From Faecousia sp. (GTDB taxonomy: Bacteria > Bacillota > Clostridia > Oscillospirales > Oscillospiraceae): a stretch of DNA of 64,000 bases. Each line of letters starts with the position of its first letter. Position 1 is the stretch's first letter. The notes below the pieces were generated by a model, which was given only the letters and a program-made list of their open reading frames with translations, was not told where the DNA came from and made no database searches. The translations under genes and the position numbers were made by a program. Below, piece by piece: positions 28,820 to 39,613 of the stretch. Where the stretch lies: contig JARIAT010000036.1 of the NCBI GenBank assembly GCA_029257715.1, positions 10,463 to 74,462 on the forward strand. The letters run 5' to 3'.

Positions 28820-29914
28820 ATGGAACTGACCGAACGAAAAAAGAAGGTTCTTCGCAGTGTCGTGGACCTTTATATCCGGACGGCGGAGCCTGTGGGTTCC
28901 AAGGCCATCACAGCCCTCCCGGATATGCAGTATTCCTCAGCCACCATCCGCAATGAAATGGCGGATTTGACGGCGATGGGATATCTGGAACAACCCCATA
29001 CCTCTGCCGGACGAATTCCCTCGGCGGCAGGATACAGGCTGTATGTCGATGAGCTTATGATGGATTATCGGCTGAGTATGGATGAAACCAAATCCATGAA
29101 TCTCGCAATCGAGGAAAAGATGCAGAAGGTGGATAAGGTCATGGATCAGGTCGCAAAGCTGGTCTCTCAGGCCACAGACCTTCCGGCCATCACTGTGGCA
29201 TCGCCCCAGAGCGGATGTACGGTCAAGCGCTTTGATCTGATTCTGGCAGGAAGCGGCAGTTTTATCCTCGTTATGATGCTTTCCAATGAAACAGTGGTCA
29301 ATAAGCTGATTAAGCTGCCGCTGGAGGTTGGAGAGACGGATCTGAAGCTTCTTTCCGCCGTGGTAAATGCCACCATGACGGAGGTTCCTATCGGGGACTT
29401 TACACAGGAGCTGATGGATAAGGTCATGCGCTCGGCAGGTGCCGCAGCCAGCCTTGTCCCTGTAATTGTTGAGTTTACAACCGCAACGCTGCACCATCAG
29501 CAGGAGGCAGATGTATCCGTGGCGGGGCACATGAAGCTGCTCGGACAGCCGGAGTACCACGATGTAGAGAAAGCACAGAAGGTGCTTTCCAATCTCGACG
29601 ATGTGGTAGCGTCCAATCTGCCGGCGGTGATGGGCGGAAGCAACGGTACACAGGTTCTGGTCGGACCTGAAAATGTGGCCCAGGAGCTGAAGGATACCAG
29701 TGTTGTCATGACAAAGTTTGACATTGGCGACGGAATGCAGGGTATGATCGGCGTGGTAGGTCCCACAAGAATGGACTATGCCAAGGTGACCGCCCGGTTG
29801 AGCTATTTTGCGGAAAATCTCAGCAAAATGTTTGCAAAACCTGAACAGATGACACTGCCCAGCGGCAGTGAGGAACATAACGCACAAGAGGTGCAATCCC
29901 ATAAGGAGGCATAA
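28820..29914 (+). CDS. hrcA: heat-inducible transcription repressor
   Basis: EPVGSK, SSATIRNEMADL, QPHTSAGRIPS and GPTRMDY; lies directly after the CIRCE. Confidence 0.96.
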   Translation: MELTERKKKVLRSVVDLYIRTAEPVGSKAITALPDMQYSSATIRNEMADLTAMGYLEQPHTSAGRIPSAAGYRLYVDELMMDYRLSMDETKSMNLAIEEKMQKVDKVMDQVAKLVSQATDLPAITVASPQSGCTVKRFDLILAGSGSFILVMMLSNETVVNKLIKLPLEVGETDLKLLSAVVNATMTEVPIGDFTQELMDKVMRSAGAAASLVPVIVEFTTATLHHQQEADVSVAGHMKLLGQPEYHDVEKAQKVLSNLDDVVASNLPAVMGGSNGTQVLVGPENVAQELKDTSVVMTKFDIGDGMQGMIGVVGPTRMDYAKVTARLSYFAENLSKMFAKPEQMTLPSGSEEHNAQEVQSHKEA

Positions 29915-29916
29915 AC

Positions 29917-30474
29917 GTGTCCAAGAAAGATCAGAAAAAAACCACCGAAGCAGAGATCGAAAACGAAACTTCCGTACAGGAAGCGGAAATGGCGGCAGAG
30001 GCTGAAGTTGAAGTGGAAGAGTCTGCCGAACAGGAAGCTGCTCAGGAGGAATGGAAGGCCAAATACGATCAGGAGCATGATTCGTTCCTGCGTCTGGCCG
30101 CAGAATATGATAACTACCGCAAGCGCAGCCTGAAGGAAAAAGATTCATCCTACACCCACGGCAAGGCCGACACGCTGGCGAAAATCCTGCCGGTGTATGA
30201 CAATCTGGAGCGGGCTATGAATCAGCCCACGGAGGATGCGGCTTTCAAAAAGGGTGTCGAGATGACCATGCAGGGCCTTGTGAAGATTCTCAATGACCTG
30301 GGCGTGGAAATCTTCGGAGAAGCCGGGGAGACATTCGACCCCAATCTCCATAATGCTGTGATGCACACAGAGTCTGAAGACCTCGGCGAAAATGTGATCG
30401 CTCAGGTGTTCCAGAAGGGCTTCCGAACCGGCGATAAGGTGATTCGATTCGCAATGGTTCAGGTTGCCAACTAA
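29917..30474 (+). CDS. grpE: nucleotide exchange factor GrpE
   Basis: RLAAEYDNYRKR, FDPNLHNAV, QKGF and IRFAMVQV. Confidence 0.96.
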   Translation: MSKKDQKKTTEAEIENETSVQEAEMAAEAEVEVEESAEQEAAQEEWKAKYDQEHDSFLRLAAEYDNYRKRSLKEKDSSYTHGKADTLAKILPVYDNLERAMNQPTEDAAFKKGVEMTMQGLVKILNDLGVEIFGEAGETFDPNLHNAVMHTESEDLGENVIAQVFQKGFRTGDKVIRFAMVQVAN

Positions 30475-30515
30475 ATTTGTAAGAACTTATCTTTATCTAT
30501 AGGAGGAAATCAATT

Positions 30516-32336
30516 ATGTCTAAGATTATCGGTATCGACCTTGGTACTACTAATTCCTGTGTTTCTGTGCTGGAAGGCGGCGAGCCTGTTGTCATCGCCA
30601 ATGCCGAAGGCACCCGCACCACCCCTTCCGTGGTGGCATTCTCCAAGACCGGCGAGCGTATGGTGGGCCAGGTTGCAAAGCGTCAGGCTGTAACCAACGC
30701 TGATCGCACTGTCTCTTCCATCAAGCGCCATATGGGCGAGGATTACAAGGTTACGATTGACTCCAAGAGCTATACCCCTCAGGAGATCTCCGCAATGATT
30801 CTGCAGAAGCTGAAGGCCGACGCAGAGGCATATCTGGGCCAGACCGTCAGCGAAGCTGTCATCACAGTCCCTGCTTACTTCTCCGACGCACAGCGTCAGG
30901 CAACCAAGGATGCAGGCAAGATCGCCGGTCTGGATGTCCAGAGAATCGTTAACGAGCCTACCGCAGCGGCTCTGGCTTACGGTCTGGACAAGGGCGACAG
31001 CCAGAAGATTATGGTGTATGACCTTGGCGGCGGCACCTTCGATGTCTCTATTCTGGACATCGGTGACGGTATCATCGAGGTTCTGGCAACTTCCGGTGAC
31101 ACCCGTTTGGGCGGCGATGACTTCGACCAGAGAATTATGAACTATCTGGTGGAAGAGTTCAAGAAGGCTGAGGGCATCGATCTTTCTGCCGACCGTGTTG
31201 CAATGCAGCGCCTGAAGGAAGCAGCTGAGAAGGCAAAGATTGAGCTGTCCGGAATGACTTCCACCAATGTCAATCTGCCTTATATCACCGCCGATGCAAC
31301 CGGCCCCAAGCATCTGGATGTCACCATTACCCGCGCAAAGTTCAATGAAATGACTGCGGATCTGGTCGAGCGCACTATGAAGCCCGTCCGTCAGGCAATG
31401 TCCGACGCAGGCCTCAGCGCAGGTCAGCTCGATAAGGTCCTGCTGGTCGGCGGTTCCACCAGAATCCCCGCAGTTCAGGATGCCGTTAAGAGCATCACCG
31501 GCAAGGAAGGCTTCAAGGGCATTAACCCCGATGAGTGTGTGGCAATGGGTGCTGCGATTCAGGGCGGTGTTCTGACCGGTGATGTCAAGGATATTCTGCT
31601 GCTGGACGTTACACCTCTGTCTCTTGGTATTGAGACGATGGGCGGCGTGTTCACCCGTCTGATCGACCGCAATACCACCATCCCCACCAAAAAGAGCCAG
31701 ATTTTCTCCACCGCTGCGGACAATCAGACCTCCGTTGAGGTCCATGTCCTTCAGGGCGAGCGTGAGATGGCTGCTTACAATAAGACGCTGGGCCGCTTCC
31801 AGCTTAACGGTATCGCTCCCGCTCCCCGCGGCGTTCCTCAGATCGAGGTTTCCTTCGATATCGATGCAAACGGCATCGTTAAGGTTTCCGCAAAGGATCT
31901 GGGCACCGGCAAGGAGCAGAACATCTCCATCACCGCTTCCACCAACCTCAGCCAGTCCGATATTGACAAGGCTGTGAAGGAAGCAGAGCAGTATGCAGAG
32001 GAAGACAAGGCCCGCAAGGACGAGGTCGATACCCATAACGCTGCTGACCAGACTGTTTATCAGACTGAAAAGACCCTGAAGGATCTGGAGGGCAAGATTT
32101 CCGCTGAGGACAAGGCTTCCATTGAGAGCGCTGTCGAAAAGCTGAAGGAAGTCAACAAGGGCACGGATCTGCAGGCCATCAAGGATGCGACCGATGCTGT
32201 GCAGAAGGCATTCTATGCAGTTTCTGAGAAGCTTTACAGCCAGCAGGGCGGCGCTCAGGGCGCACAGGGCAATCCCGGTGCAGCACAGCAGGGCGGCGAC
32301 GATGTAGTCGATGCGGATTACGAAACCGTTGACTAA
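30516..32336 (+). CDS. dnaK: chaperone DnaK
   Basis: [27 protein letters not shown] and GVPQIEV. Confidence 0.99.
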   Translation: MSKIIGIDLGTTNSCVSVLEGGEPVVIANAEGTRTTPSVVAFSKTGERMVGQVAKRQAVTNADRTVSSIKRHMGEDYKVTIDSKSYTPQEISAMILQKLKADAEAYLGQTVSEAVITVPAYFSDAQRQATKDAGKIAGLDVQRIVNEPTAAALAYGLDKGDSQKIMVYDLGGGTFDVSILDIGDGIIEVLATSGDTRLGGDDFDQRIMNYLVEEFKKAEGIDLSADRVAMQRLKEAAEKAKIELSGMTSTNVNLPYITADATGPKHLDVTITRAKFNEMTADLVERTMKPVRQAMSDAGLSAGQLDKVLLVGGSTRIPAVQDAVKSITGKEGFKGINPDECVAMGAAIQGGVLTGDVKDILLLDVTPLSLGIETMGGVFTRLIDRNTTIPTKKSQIFSTAADNQTSVEVHVLQGEREMAAYNKTLGRFQLNGIAPAPRGVPQIEVSFDIDANGIVKVSAKDLGTGKEQNISITASTNLSQSDIDKAVKEAEQYAEEDKARKDEVDTHNAADQTVYQTEKTLKDLEGKISAEDKASIESAVEKLKEVNKGTDLQAIKDATDAVQKAFYAVSEKLYSQQGGAQGAQGNPGAAQQGGDDVVDADYETVD

Positions 32337-32355
32337 TTGATTTATGATCTGCAAT

Positions 32356-32384
32356 CAAAGGGACGGCGATGCGCCGCCCCTTTG
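32356..32384 (+). terminator. intercistronic stem-loop after dnaK
   Basis: CAAAGGGACGGCG-ATG-CGCCGCCCCTTTG (one mismatch). Confidence 0.6.
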
Positions 32385-32450
32385 TTGTGGGTTTTGGATG
32401 GTCCGGTTTTCAGTCGAAAATCGGTATTTCGCACATAGGAGAACAAGTAT

Positions 32451-33584
32451 ATGGCTGAAAACAAGCGTGATTATTATGAGGTACTGGGTGTTGACAAGAG
32501 CGCCAGTGCCGATGAGATCAAAAAGGCCTACCGCAAGCTGGCCATGAAATATCACCCTGACCGCAATCCGGATGATCCCAATGCGGAAACGAAGTTTAAG
32601 GAGGTCGGTGAAGCATACGAAGTGCTGTCCGATGCCGACAAGCGTTCCCGCTACGATCAGTTTGGTCACGCAGGCGTTGATCCCAACTTTAACCCCGGTT
32701 ACGGCGGAGGCGGTTTCGGCGGCTTCGGCGGATTTGGAGATCTGGGTGACATTTTCGGGGATATTTTCGGAGGCGGCGGCTACCGCTCCTCGGCAAAGGC
32801 ACCTCGTCAGGGCGAAAATATTATGAGCTATCTGGAGCTGACCTTTGAGGAAGCCGCATTCGGCACCGAGAAGGAAGTGGTTGCCACCAGAATTGAGGAG
32901 TGCAATGCCTGCAAAGGTACCGGCTCTGCCGATGGTGTGGTGGAGACTTGCAGCCGCTGCCACGGCTCCGGTCAGATCCGCACAACCCAGAATTTTATGG
33001 GAATGGCTATGCAGTCTACGACCACCTGCCCCAACTGCGGCGGCAAGGGCAAGACCATTAAGACCCCCTGCACCACCTGTAAGGGTAAGGGTAAGGTCCG
33101 CCGTCATCCCAAGGTGAAGGTGAAGGTTCCTGCCGGTATTGACGCCGATCAGACGCTGCGGGTTCGCGGCGAGGGCTGTGTCGGTGAAAACGGCGGCCCC
33201 AAGGGAGACTTGCTGGTTAAAATTTCCATCAAGCCTCACAAGATTTTTGACCGTGACGGTGCGGATGTTCTGTGCGAGCTGCCCATCACCTTTACGCAGG
33301 CTGCACTGGGCGCAGAAATTCAGATTCCCACGCTGGACGGCAAGATTACCTATACCATTCCGGAGGGAACCCAGACCGGAACAACCTTCCGTCTTAAGGA
33401 TAAGGGCATTCCCTATGTGGGCAACCGCAACCGCCGCGGCGATCAGCTGGTGACGGTGGTGGTGGAAACGCCCACCAAGCTCAACCGAGAGCAGAAAGAG
33501 CTGCTGCGCAAGCTGGAGGAAGGCTTGGGAGACAGCCCGAAACGCAAGAAATTTTTCGACACCATTAAGGATCTGTTTGAATAA
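32451..33584 (+). CDS. dnaJ: chaperone DnaJ
   Basis: J-domain HPD, G/F-rich region, four CxxCxGxG repeats. Confidence 0.98.
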   Translation: MAENKRDYYEVLGVDKSASADEIKKAYRKLAMKYHPDRNPDDPNAETKFKEVGEAYEVLSDADKRSRYDQFGHAGVDPNFNPGYGGGGFGGFGGFGDLGDIFGDIFGGGGYRSSAKAPRQGENIMSYLELTFEEAAFGTEKEVVATRIEECNACKGTGSADGVVETCSRCHGSGQIRTTQNFMGMAMQSTTTCPNCGGKGKTIKTPCTTCKGKGKVRRHPKVKVKVPAGIDADQTLRVRGEGCVGENGGPKGDLLVKISIKPHKIFDRDGADVLCELPITFTQAALGAEIQIPTLDGKITYTIPEGTQTGTTFRLKDKGIPYVGNRNRRGDQLVTVVVETPTKLNREQKELLRKLEEGLGDSPKRKKFFDTIKDLFE

Positions 33585-33674
33585 GAAACGCACGTCGGTG
33601 CGTGGAAAATTGCGGCGGATATCCGCAGGTGTGTTGTGTTTCCGATGAGGGGAGGCATCTCCCCATTCAGGCGG

Positions 33675-33797
33675 CCGATGACCGCCCGATGCGTATGGCT
33701 GGGCCTGCAGCCGATGCGGAAGCCGGAGATCCAGACGGGTTTCCAAAGGCGGCAGCCGCTGTTAAACGGTGCAGGTCTGTTGTCGGGCGGTCATCGG
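33675..33797. repeat. 15-bp inverted-repeat pair (REP-doublet/MITE-like)
   Basis: CCGATGACCGCCCGA (33675-33689) and TCGGGCGGTCATCGG (33783-33797). Confidence 0.55.
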
Positions 33798-33898
33798 ATT
33801 TCGCATTTTGAGAAATAGAAAATCCAACGGGCGGCTCTTGCAGTCGCCCGTTTCTCATGTTATACTTAGGAAAATAACCCGATGGGGAGGAACACACG

Positions 33899-34396
33899 AT
33901 GAAACGACAGGAGTATATCAGCTGGGACGAATATTTTATGGGAGTTGCCATGCTGGCGGCCAAGCGCAGCAAAGACCCCAGCACACAGGTGGGAGCCTGT
34001 ATCGTCTCACCGGAAAATATCATCATTTCCACCGGCTATAACGGAATGCCCAAGGGATGCTCTGATGACGAATTCCCTTGGGATCGGGAAGGTACAGAGA
34101 CAAAGTACCCCTATGTGGTTCATGCGGAGCTGAATGCCATTCTCAATGCCAATGGCCGTGATCTGAGAAACAGCCGCCTGTATGTAGCGCTGTTCCCCTG
34201 CAATGAGTGTGCCAAGGCAATTATTCAGAGCGGTGTGAAGAAAGTGATTTACCTTTCGGACAAGTATGCCGACAGTATGGCAACACTGGCTTCCAAGCGC
34301 ATGATGGATGCCGCAGGTGTGCGCTATGAGCGTTTGACAACGGATGTCAAGGACATCACACTGGATTTTGTACCGGATGAGTGGAAAACCAGATGA
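33899..34396 (+). CDS. dCMP deaminase
   Basis: WDEYFM, RSKDP, GYNG, HAELNAI and FPCNEC. Confidence 0.92.
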   Translation: MKRQEYISWDEYFMGVAMLAAKRSKDPSTQVGACIVSPENIIISTGYNGMPKGCSDDEFPWDREGTETKYPYVVHAELNAILNANGRDLRNSRLYVALFPCNECAKAIIQSGVKKVIYLSDKYADSMATLASKRMMDAAGVRYERLTTDVKDITLDFVPDEWKTR

Positions 34397-34402
34397 AGTT
34401 AG

Positions 34403-34432
34403 AAAGCCCCTTCCTTCAGGAAGGGGCTTTTT
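34403..34432 (+). terminator. intrinsic terminator
   Basis: AAAGCCCCTTCC-TTCA-GGAAGGGGCTTTTT. Confidence 0.85.
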
Positions 34433-34700
34433 GCGGACAGGAGAAAGAACATGAGATTTCGGGAGGCAGTTCCTGAGAGAAAAGTCGATTTTGGAAAGAA
34501 ATGGATTCAATCAGGATTTGACATTCCGTCGGTACATGTGGTATGCTATTGTGGAGTTTTGTGGAAAGTGAACAATAATTGAAAAGTGTACCGCCAGAAT
34601 CTCTGCATATATTGCAATCAACCTGTCGGGCATTTATAATGAATATAATCGAAAAAGATACGGGGAGCGAGCCCCCGGTATTTAGGAGGATCTGTAAAAA

Positions 34701-35825
34701 ATGAATACACCTTATATTCCCGAAAATGACCCCATTGTGGCAGAGGTTCTGAAGGCTTATGATTTCCCCGCAACACTGCTGGGTGCCGTTCGCTATGGTC
34801 AGGGCCATATCAATGATACGTTCTGCGTCATCTGCCAGCCTCAGGAGGGCGATGCAGTCCGCTTTATTCTTCAGGGGCTGTCCAGCGCAGCGTTCCCCCA
34901 TCCCGAGGAGCTGATGGAGAATTTTGTCGGTATTACCTCCTTCCTGCGGGAGAAGATCATCGCTGCCGGCGGCGATCCCATGCGTGAGACGCTGTCTCTG
35001 GTCAAGACCCGTGACGGTAAGGACTTCTATACCGATGCAAATGGCAAGGTCTGGAGACTGACGCCCTTCATCGAGAACAGTGACTGCTTCCAGAAGGCAA
35101 CCCCCGAGCTGTTCGAGGCATCTGCCCGTACCTTCGGCCGCTTCCAGAAACTGCTGGACGGGTTCCCTGCCGAGACGCTGCACGAGACAATCTATAAATT
35201 CCACGACACGGAGAACCGCTACGCCAATTTTGAAAAGGCACTGGCCGAGGATAAAATGGGCCGTGCCGCTGCGGTTGCTGCGGAAGTAAAGTTTGTTCAG
35301 GACCGTAAGGCGGACTGCTCCGTCTGTCTGCAGGCCCTGCGAGACGGCAAGCTGCCCTTGCGTGTGACCCACAATGACACCAAGCTCAATAATATTCTTG
35401 TTGACCGCACCACCCATGAGGGCATCTGTGTCATCGATCTGGATACCACCATGCCCGGACTGTCTGTCAATGACTTCGGCGATTCCATCCGTTTCGGCGC
35501 AAACCATTCCGCTGAGGACGAGAAGGATCTGAGCAAGGTCAATTTTGATATCGAGCTGTATGAAGCATTCACCCGCGGCTTCCTTGAGGGCGCAGCCGGC
35601 GGTCTGACCGAGGCAGAGCTTGAATATCTGCCTTGGGGCGCCCGTCTGATGACGCTGGAGTGCGGCATCCGCTTCCTGACCGATTATCTCGAGGGTGACA
35701 ACTATTTCCGCATCCATTACCCCGAGCAGAACCTCGACCGCTGCCGTACCCAGTTCAAGCTGGTTCACGATATGGAGCAGCAGTTCGATGCAATGCACGC
35801 TGTGGTTGCCAAGTACGCAAAATAA
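34701..35825 (+). CDS. N-acetylhexosamine 1-kinase-like (APH-fold) anomeric kinase
   Basis: GQGHINDT, FILQ, FHDT, THNDTKLNN, VIDLDT, DFGDSIR, RFLTDYL and NLDR. Confidence 0.8.
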   Translation: MNTPYIPENDPIVAEVLKAYDFPATLLGAVRYGQGHINDTFCVICQPQEGDAVRFILQGLSSAAFPHPEELMENFVGITSFLREKIIAAGGDPMRETLSLVKTRDGKDFYTDANGKVWRLTPFIENSDCFQKATPELFEASARTFGRFQKLLDGFPAETLHETIYKFHDTENRYANFEKALAEDKMGRAAAVAAEVKFVQDRKADCSVCLQALRDGKLPLRVTHNDTKLNNILVDRTTHEGICVIDLDTTMPGLSVNDFGDSIRFGANHSAEDEKDLSKVNFDIELYEAFTRGFLEGAAGGLTEAELEYLPWGARLMTLECGIRFLTDYLEGDNYFRIHYPEQNLDRCRTQFKLVHDMEQQFDAMHAVVAKYAK

Positions 35826-35836
35826 AATCATCATTC

Positions 35837-35870
35837 AAAACACCCTGCGGTTTCCGCAGGGTGTTTTTTT
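35837..35870. terminator. bidirectional terminator
   Basis: AAAACACCCTGCGG-TTT-CCGCAGGGTGTTTT. Confidence 0.85.
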
Positions 35871-35970
35871 GCCTTTGGAGAATGAATCCGTCAAGAGCGG
35901 ACGGAGAAGGCTTTCCAGAGAGGATAGATCGAAAAATCCCCTGCCGGAAAACCGGCAGGGGAAAGAGAAA

Positions 35971-36849
35971 TTACAGTTCCCAGGCCATCTGGGCAGCGCC
36001 CCAAAGGGCATCGTGGAGAGGAAAAACGGGCTGTGCAACGGCAGAAAGATGCTGTGCAACGATTTTTCGGTAGCAGGTTTCCTCGCTGAGCAGTCCACCC
36101 AGAAGTGCCACGGGACAACCCGCAAGTTTCAGCTGCTCCTGTACTGCCCGGACAAGAGAAGTCAGTTCCACAGCCCCTCGGTTCAGAATTTCCAGTGCTG
36201 TGGGATCTTCCGCTTCAGCAAGCTCCAGAGCAATTCGGGAGAAGGCGGCAATGGCGGCTTTGTCGGTCTTTGGGTTGTAGACAAAGGAGACGATGTCTTG
36301 GGGAGAGCGGCTTCCGAGACGGTCATAAACGGCCTCAAGCACCGTCTTGTTCCGACTTCGACCGTCGATGACCCGAACGGCTGCCGAAAGAATATCCCGT
36401 CCCAGGGCGTAACCGCTTCCGAAATCGTCAATCAGGTGGCCGTAGCCGCCGCTGCGGGCGGTCTGCGCGGCTGCGTTTCTGCCGAAACAGATGGAGCCGG
36501 TACCTGCAATCAGTACTGCGCCGGGGGTATCCATAGCACCCCGAAGGGCAATTTCCTGATCGCCGCAGAGCTTCCATTTTCCGTGGAATCCGGCCTGCCG
36601 CAGCTGCTGTTCCAGCAGCGGTTTCATGCGGGGGTTGGAAACACCGGCGCCGCCGATGCAGAGCTTTTCACAGTGCTCCATGCCGCCGCTTGCATCAAAG
36701 ATCTCCTGCATGAGGGTGCAGAATGCAGCTTCACCGATGCTTGTAATATTGAAGGGACCGAACTGCATCCGACGAATCAGACGGTTCTGACTGTCCCGCA
36801 GCTCCAGACGGGTGTGGGTTCCACCGCCGTCGATGCCTGCCACAAACAT
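35971..36849 (-). CDS. BadF/BadG/BcrA/BcrD-family amino-sugar kinase (MurK-like GlcNAc/MurNAc 6-kinase)
   Basis: GIDGGGT, IAGTGS, GGYGHLIDDFGSGY and LLGG. Confidence 0.8.
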   Translation of the reverse strand: MFVAGIDGGGTHTRLELRDSQNRLIRRMQFGPFNITSIGEAAFCTLMQEIFDASGGMEHCEKLCIGGAGVSNPRMKPLLEQQLRQAGFHGKWKLCGDQEIALRGAMDTPGAVLIAGTGSICFGRNAAAQTARSGGYGHLIDDFGSGYALGRDILSAAVRVIDGRSRNKTVLEAVYDRLGSRSPQDIVSFVYNPKTDKAAIAAFSRIALELAEAEDPTALEILNRGAVELTSLVRAVQEQLKLAGCPVALLGGLLSEETCYRKIVAQHLSAVAQPVFPLHDALWGAAQMAWEL

Positions 36850-36850
36850 A

Positions 36851-38395
36851 TCAGATCCCTCCCAGTGCTACGGGGCATTTTCCCTCCATGGGAGCACCCC
36901 GTAAGACCTGTTCCAGCGCACGGAAGGCAGGCAGGGAATAGTCGTAGGCCGCAATTTTGCAGGTGCAGCCGTGGACTTCGGAAAGATCGTAGGGATTGCG
37001 CAGCGCAATGACGGTGACATCCAGACCGGCATCAATCAGTGCGTTGGCCAAGGAAATCTGCCCTGCAAAGAGGTGGCCGTTGCACGTGGAGAGTACCGTT
37101 CGGCGGTACATTCGGGCCTGTGCGACAGCGGCTTCAACTTCGGCCGCATCGGGGCTTTTGGAGGTAATGAGGAAGGGGGCGTCGAAGGCGGTGCCCATAT
37201 AGGCAGGGAAGGATGCGGAGGTTCCTTGATCGTTGCCGACACCGGAAGCACGGTAGTCTGCGCAGCCGCAGAAGAAGGTATCACAATCGGCATGGGGGGC
37301 GCAGCCGGATACGCAGGTTACGGCTTGCAGGGCCATCTGCTCGGCAGCGGCATGGTCCTGCGGCTGATTGCACAGCTCCGGCTCTAAGGGAAATTCATCG
37401 AGACGGGCTTTGTACTGCACAATTTTTTCGACGGACTGACGGATTTCTTCCAGATTCAGCAGTCCCTGCTCCGCGGCTTTGTTCAGTGCCTCGGCGGCCT
37501 GCTGCTCCAGCTCCAGCGTACTGGAGATTTCCGCCAGATCCACACCGGCCCGAATGGCTTCCACGACACCGTGGGCGGTGCCGTAGTGATCTTTAATGGC
37601 ACCCATCTCCATGCAGTCCGTCAGGATCAGCCCCTCAAAGCCCAGCTTGTGACGCAGCAGATCCGTGACAATCCGGCGGGACATGGTGCATGGGACATTT
37701 TCCGGTTCGATGGCAGGGAAGAGCACGTGGCTGATCATGACGGCAGGGATTCCGTTCTCCACCGCACGGTAGAAGGGAATCAGCTCCAGCTGTTCCAGTT
37801 CCTGCTCGGTTTTTTCCACCCTGGGCAGTCCCAGATGGCTGTCAACGGCGGTGTCGCCATGACCGGGGAAGTGTTTGGCACAGCAGAGTACACCGCTGCC
37901 CGCATAGGCACGGGCGCCGGCACATCCGAAGGAAGCGACAGTTTGGGGGTTGTCGCCGTAGCTGCGGATTCCGATAACGGGATTCTTGGGATTGTTATTG
38001 ACATCCAGAACGGGAGCCATGTTAAAGTTGGCACCGAGGCCACGCAGCTGGCGAATGGTGATTTCGGCAGCCTTCACCGCGTTTTCCTCCTTCCCCGTGG
38101 CGGCAAGAGCCATGGCACAGGGGGTGTTCACAGCGTCCTCCGGCAGACGGCTGACCATGCCGCCCTCCTGATCGATGACAATGAAGGCAGGCAGTCCGGT
38201 TTCTTCCCGAACAATCTGCTGAATCTGGCTGCATAGGGTGCGCATCTGTTCGGCGCTCTCAATGTTTCGCAGGAAGAGAATCACGTTGCCAATCTTCCAT
38301 GTGCGAAGCAGATTGATAAATTCTGGGGAAAGCTCGGTTCCGTGGAAGCCGAAAATCAGCTTTTGACCCAGCATTTGTTTGATGGTCATAGACAT
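36851..38395 (-). CDS. nagZ: GH3 beta-N-acetylglucosaminidase, no signal peptide
   Basis: DQEGG, APVLD, KHFPGHGDTAVDSH and TDCMEM; start ATG 38395 with a GGAGG SD. Confidence 0.88.
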   Translation of the reverse strand: MSMTIKQMLGQKLIFGFHGTELSPEFINLLRTWKIGNVILFLRNIESAEQMRTLCSQIQQIVREETGLPAFIVIDQEGGMVSRLPEDAVNTPCAMALAATGKEENAVKAAEITIRQLRGLGANFNMAPVLDVNNNPKNPVIGIRSYGDNPQTVASFGCAGARAYAGSGVLCCAKHFPGHGDTAVDSHLGLPRVEKTEQELEQLELIPFYRAVENGIPAVMISHVLFPAIEPENVPCTMSRRIVTDLLRHKLGFEGLILTDCMEMGAIKDHYGTAHGVVEAIRAGVDLAEISSTLELEQQAAEALNKAAEQGLLNLEEIRQSVEKIVQYKARLDEFPLEPELCNQPQDHAAAEQMALQAVTCVSGCAPHADCDTFFCGCADYRASGVGNDQGTSASFPAYMGTAFDAPFLITSKSPDAAEVEAAVAQARMYRRTVLSTCNGHLFAGQISLANALIDAGLDVTVIALRNPYDLSEVHGCTCKIAAYDYSLPAFRALEQVLRGAPMEGKCPVALGGI

Positions 38396-38396
38396 A

Positions 38397-39545
38397 TCAG
38401 TCCCTCCATTTATAGATTTCATAGGGCTTTTTCCGCAGCCGGAAGGCTTCGGATTCGGTTTTGCAGCGCTGAAGCATTGCATCTGCATCCCAGTTGGGAT
38501 TTTCAAATTCCCGGTGTCCGGCCAGTAAGGAAATAAAAGGTTTTCCCCCGTCTCGCACCGGATCGAGGAACCGAAAATCATCAGGATAGCATCTGCGCAG
38601 CAGATCGATCAGCTTTATGCCCAGCGTTACAGGCTCTAATGCCTGTTCCTCCAGGATGTGCAAATGAATGCCGCCGCAGAGCGTTCCCTGATGCTTGGAT
38701 GCGGTAGGGGTAAAATACACGGGGGTTGCCACCACACCGGAGAGATTCATGTCATTGAAGGCTTGGCAGAATTCTTCGGCCCGAATGAACGGAGCGCCGA
38801 TGATGGCAAAGGGGTCGGCGGTACCACGGCCTTCGGAGCAGTTGGTACCTTCAATGAGACAGGTGCCGGGATAGAGCAGCGCCGTTTCAAAGCGGGGAAT
38901 GCCGAGACTGGGCATCACCCAGGGCAGGTTCCAGTCCCGAAAGGTCATGTTCCGAGTCAGTCCCTGACAGGGGATGATGTTGAGCCGGCAGCCGGCGTGA
39001 AGTTCCTCATTGAGCAGCATTGCCAGTTCTCCACAGGTCAGACCGTAGCACACAGGCAGAGGCCAGCAGCCAACGAAGCTGGAGACATCCTTTTGCAGCA
39101 GTCCGCCTTCCACCCGCTCGCCCAAAGGATTTGGCCGATCCAGTATGGTCAGGGTCTTGTGGGCGGCAGCACAGTCCTCGATGCAGTAGCGCAGGGAAGA
39201 GATGAAGGTATAGTAGCGGCAGCCCACATCGGCAATATCATATACGAGGGTGTCGAATTGAGCAAGGGTTTCCGGGGATAGACGCTTGGAATTTTGGCTG
39301 TAAAGGCTGCGAACGGGCAGGCCGCTTTCTACGTCACGCTCGTCGCAGAAGAGGGCGCCGGCAGCTTTGTCACCACGGACACCATGCTCCGGCGCCAGAA
39401 GCAGCCGAAGGTCGCAGCAGTCTTTGAGCACATCGATGGTGGAGCGGTTTCCGGCGGTTCGGCCGGAGGGAGCGGTCAGCAGCGCTACACGGCCGCTGAG
39501 CATCTGGGGGAATTGGGAGACTCGGTCTGCACCAAATAAAACCAT
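38397..39545 (-). CDS. namZ: exo-beta-N-acetylmuramidase NamZ (DUF1343/GH171), no signal peptide
   Basis: APEHG, SLY, DIADVGCRYYTF, LDRPNP and EGTNCSEGRGT. Confidence 0.88.
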   Translation of the reverse strand: MVLFGADRVSQFPQMLSGRVALLTAPSGRTAGNRSTIDVLKDCCDLRLLLAPEHGVRGDKAAGALFCDERDVESGLPVRSLYSQNSKRLSPETLAQFDTLVYDIADVGCRYYTFISSLRYCIEDCAAAHKTLTILDRPNPLGERVEGGLLQKDVSSFVGCWPLPVCYGLTCGELAMLLNEELHAGCRLNIIPCQGLTRNMTFRDWNLPWVMPSLGIPRFETALLYPGTCLIEGTNCSEGRGTADPFAIIGAPFIRAEEFCQAFNDMNLSGVVATPVYFTPTASKHQGTLCGGIHLHILEEQALEPVTLGIKLIDLLRRCYPDDFRFLDPVRDGGKPFISLLAGHREFENPNWDADAMLQRCKTESEAFRLRKKPYEIYKWRD

Positions 39546-39559
39546 GGGGAAGAACCTCC

Positions 39560-39588
39560 TTGACAATTTGAGATGTGGTGGTTACACT
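39560..39588 (+). promoter_or_regulatory. sigma-A promoter for anmK
   Basis: TTGACA-17 nt-TACACT, abutting the namZ SD on the opposite strand. Confidence 0.65.
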
Positions 39589-39613
39589 GGAAAGAAAAAA
39601 GGAGAAAAGGGAA

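Noticed and set aside
30510-32354. 614-aa antisense ORF covering dnaK
   Set aside because: A well-known shadow ORF opposite hsp70 genes caused by codon bias; the sense frame is unambiguously DnaK.
34701-35825. Aminoglycoside resistance kinase
   Set aside because: APH fold, but the motifs and context match N-acetylhexosamine 1-kinase-like sugar kinases.
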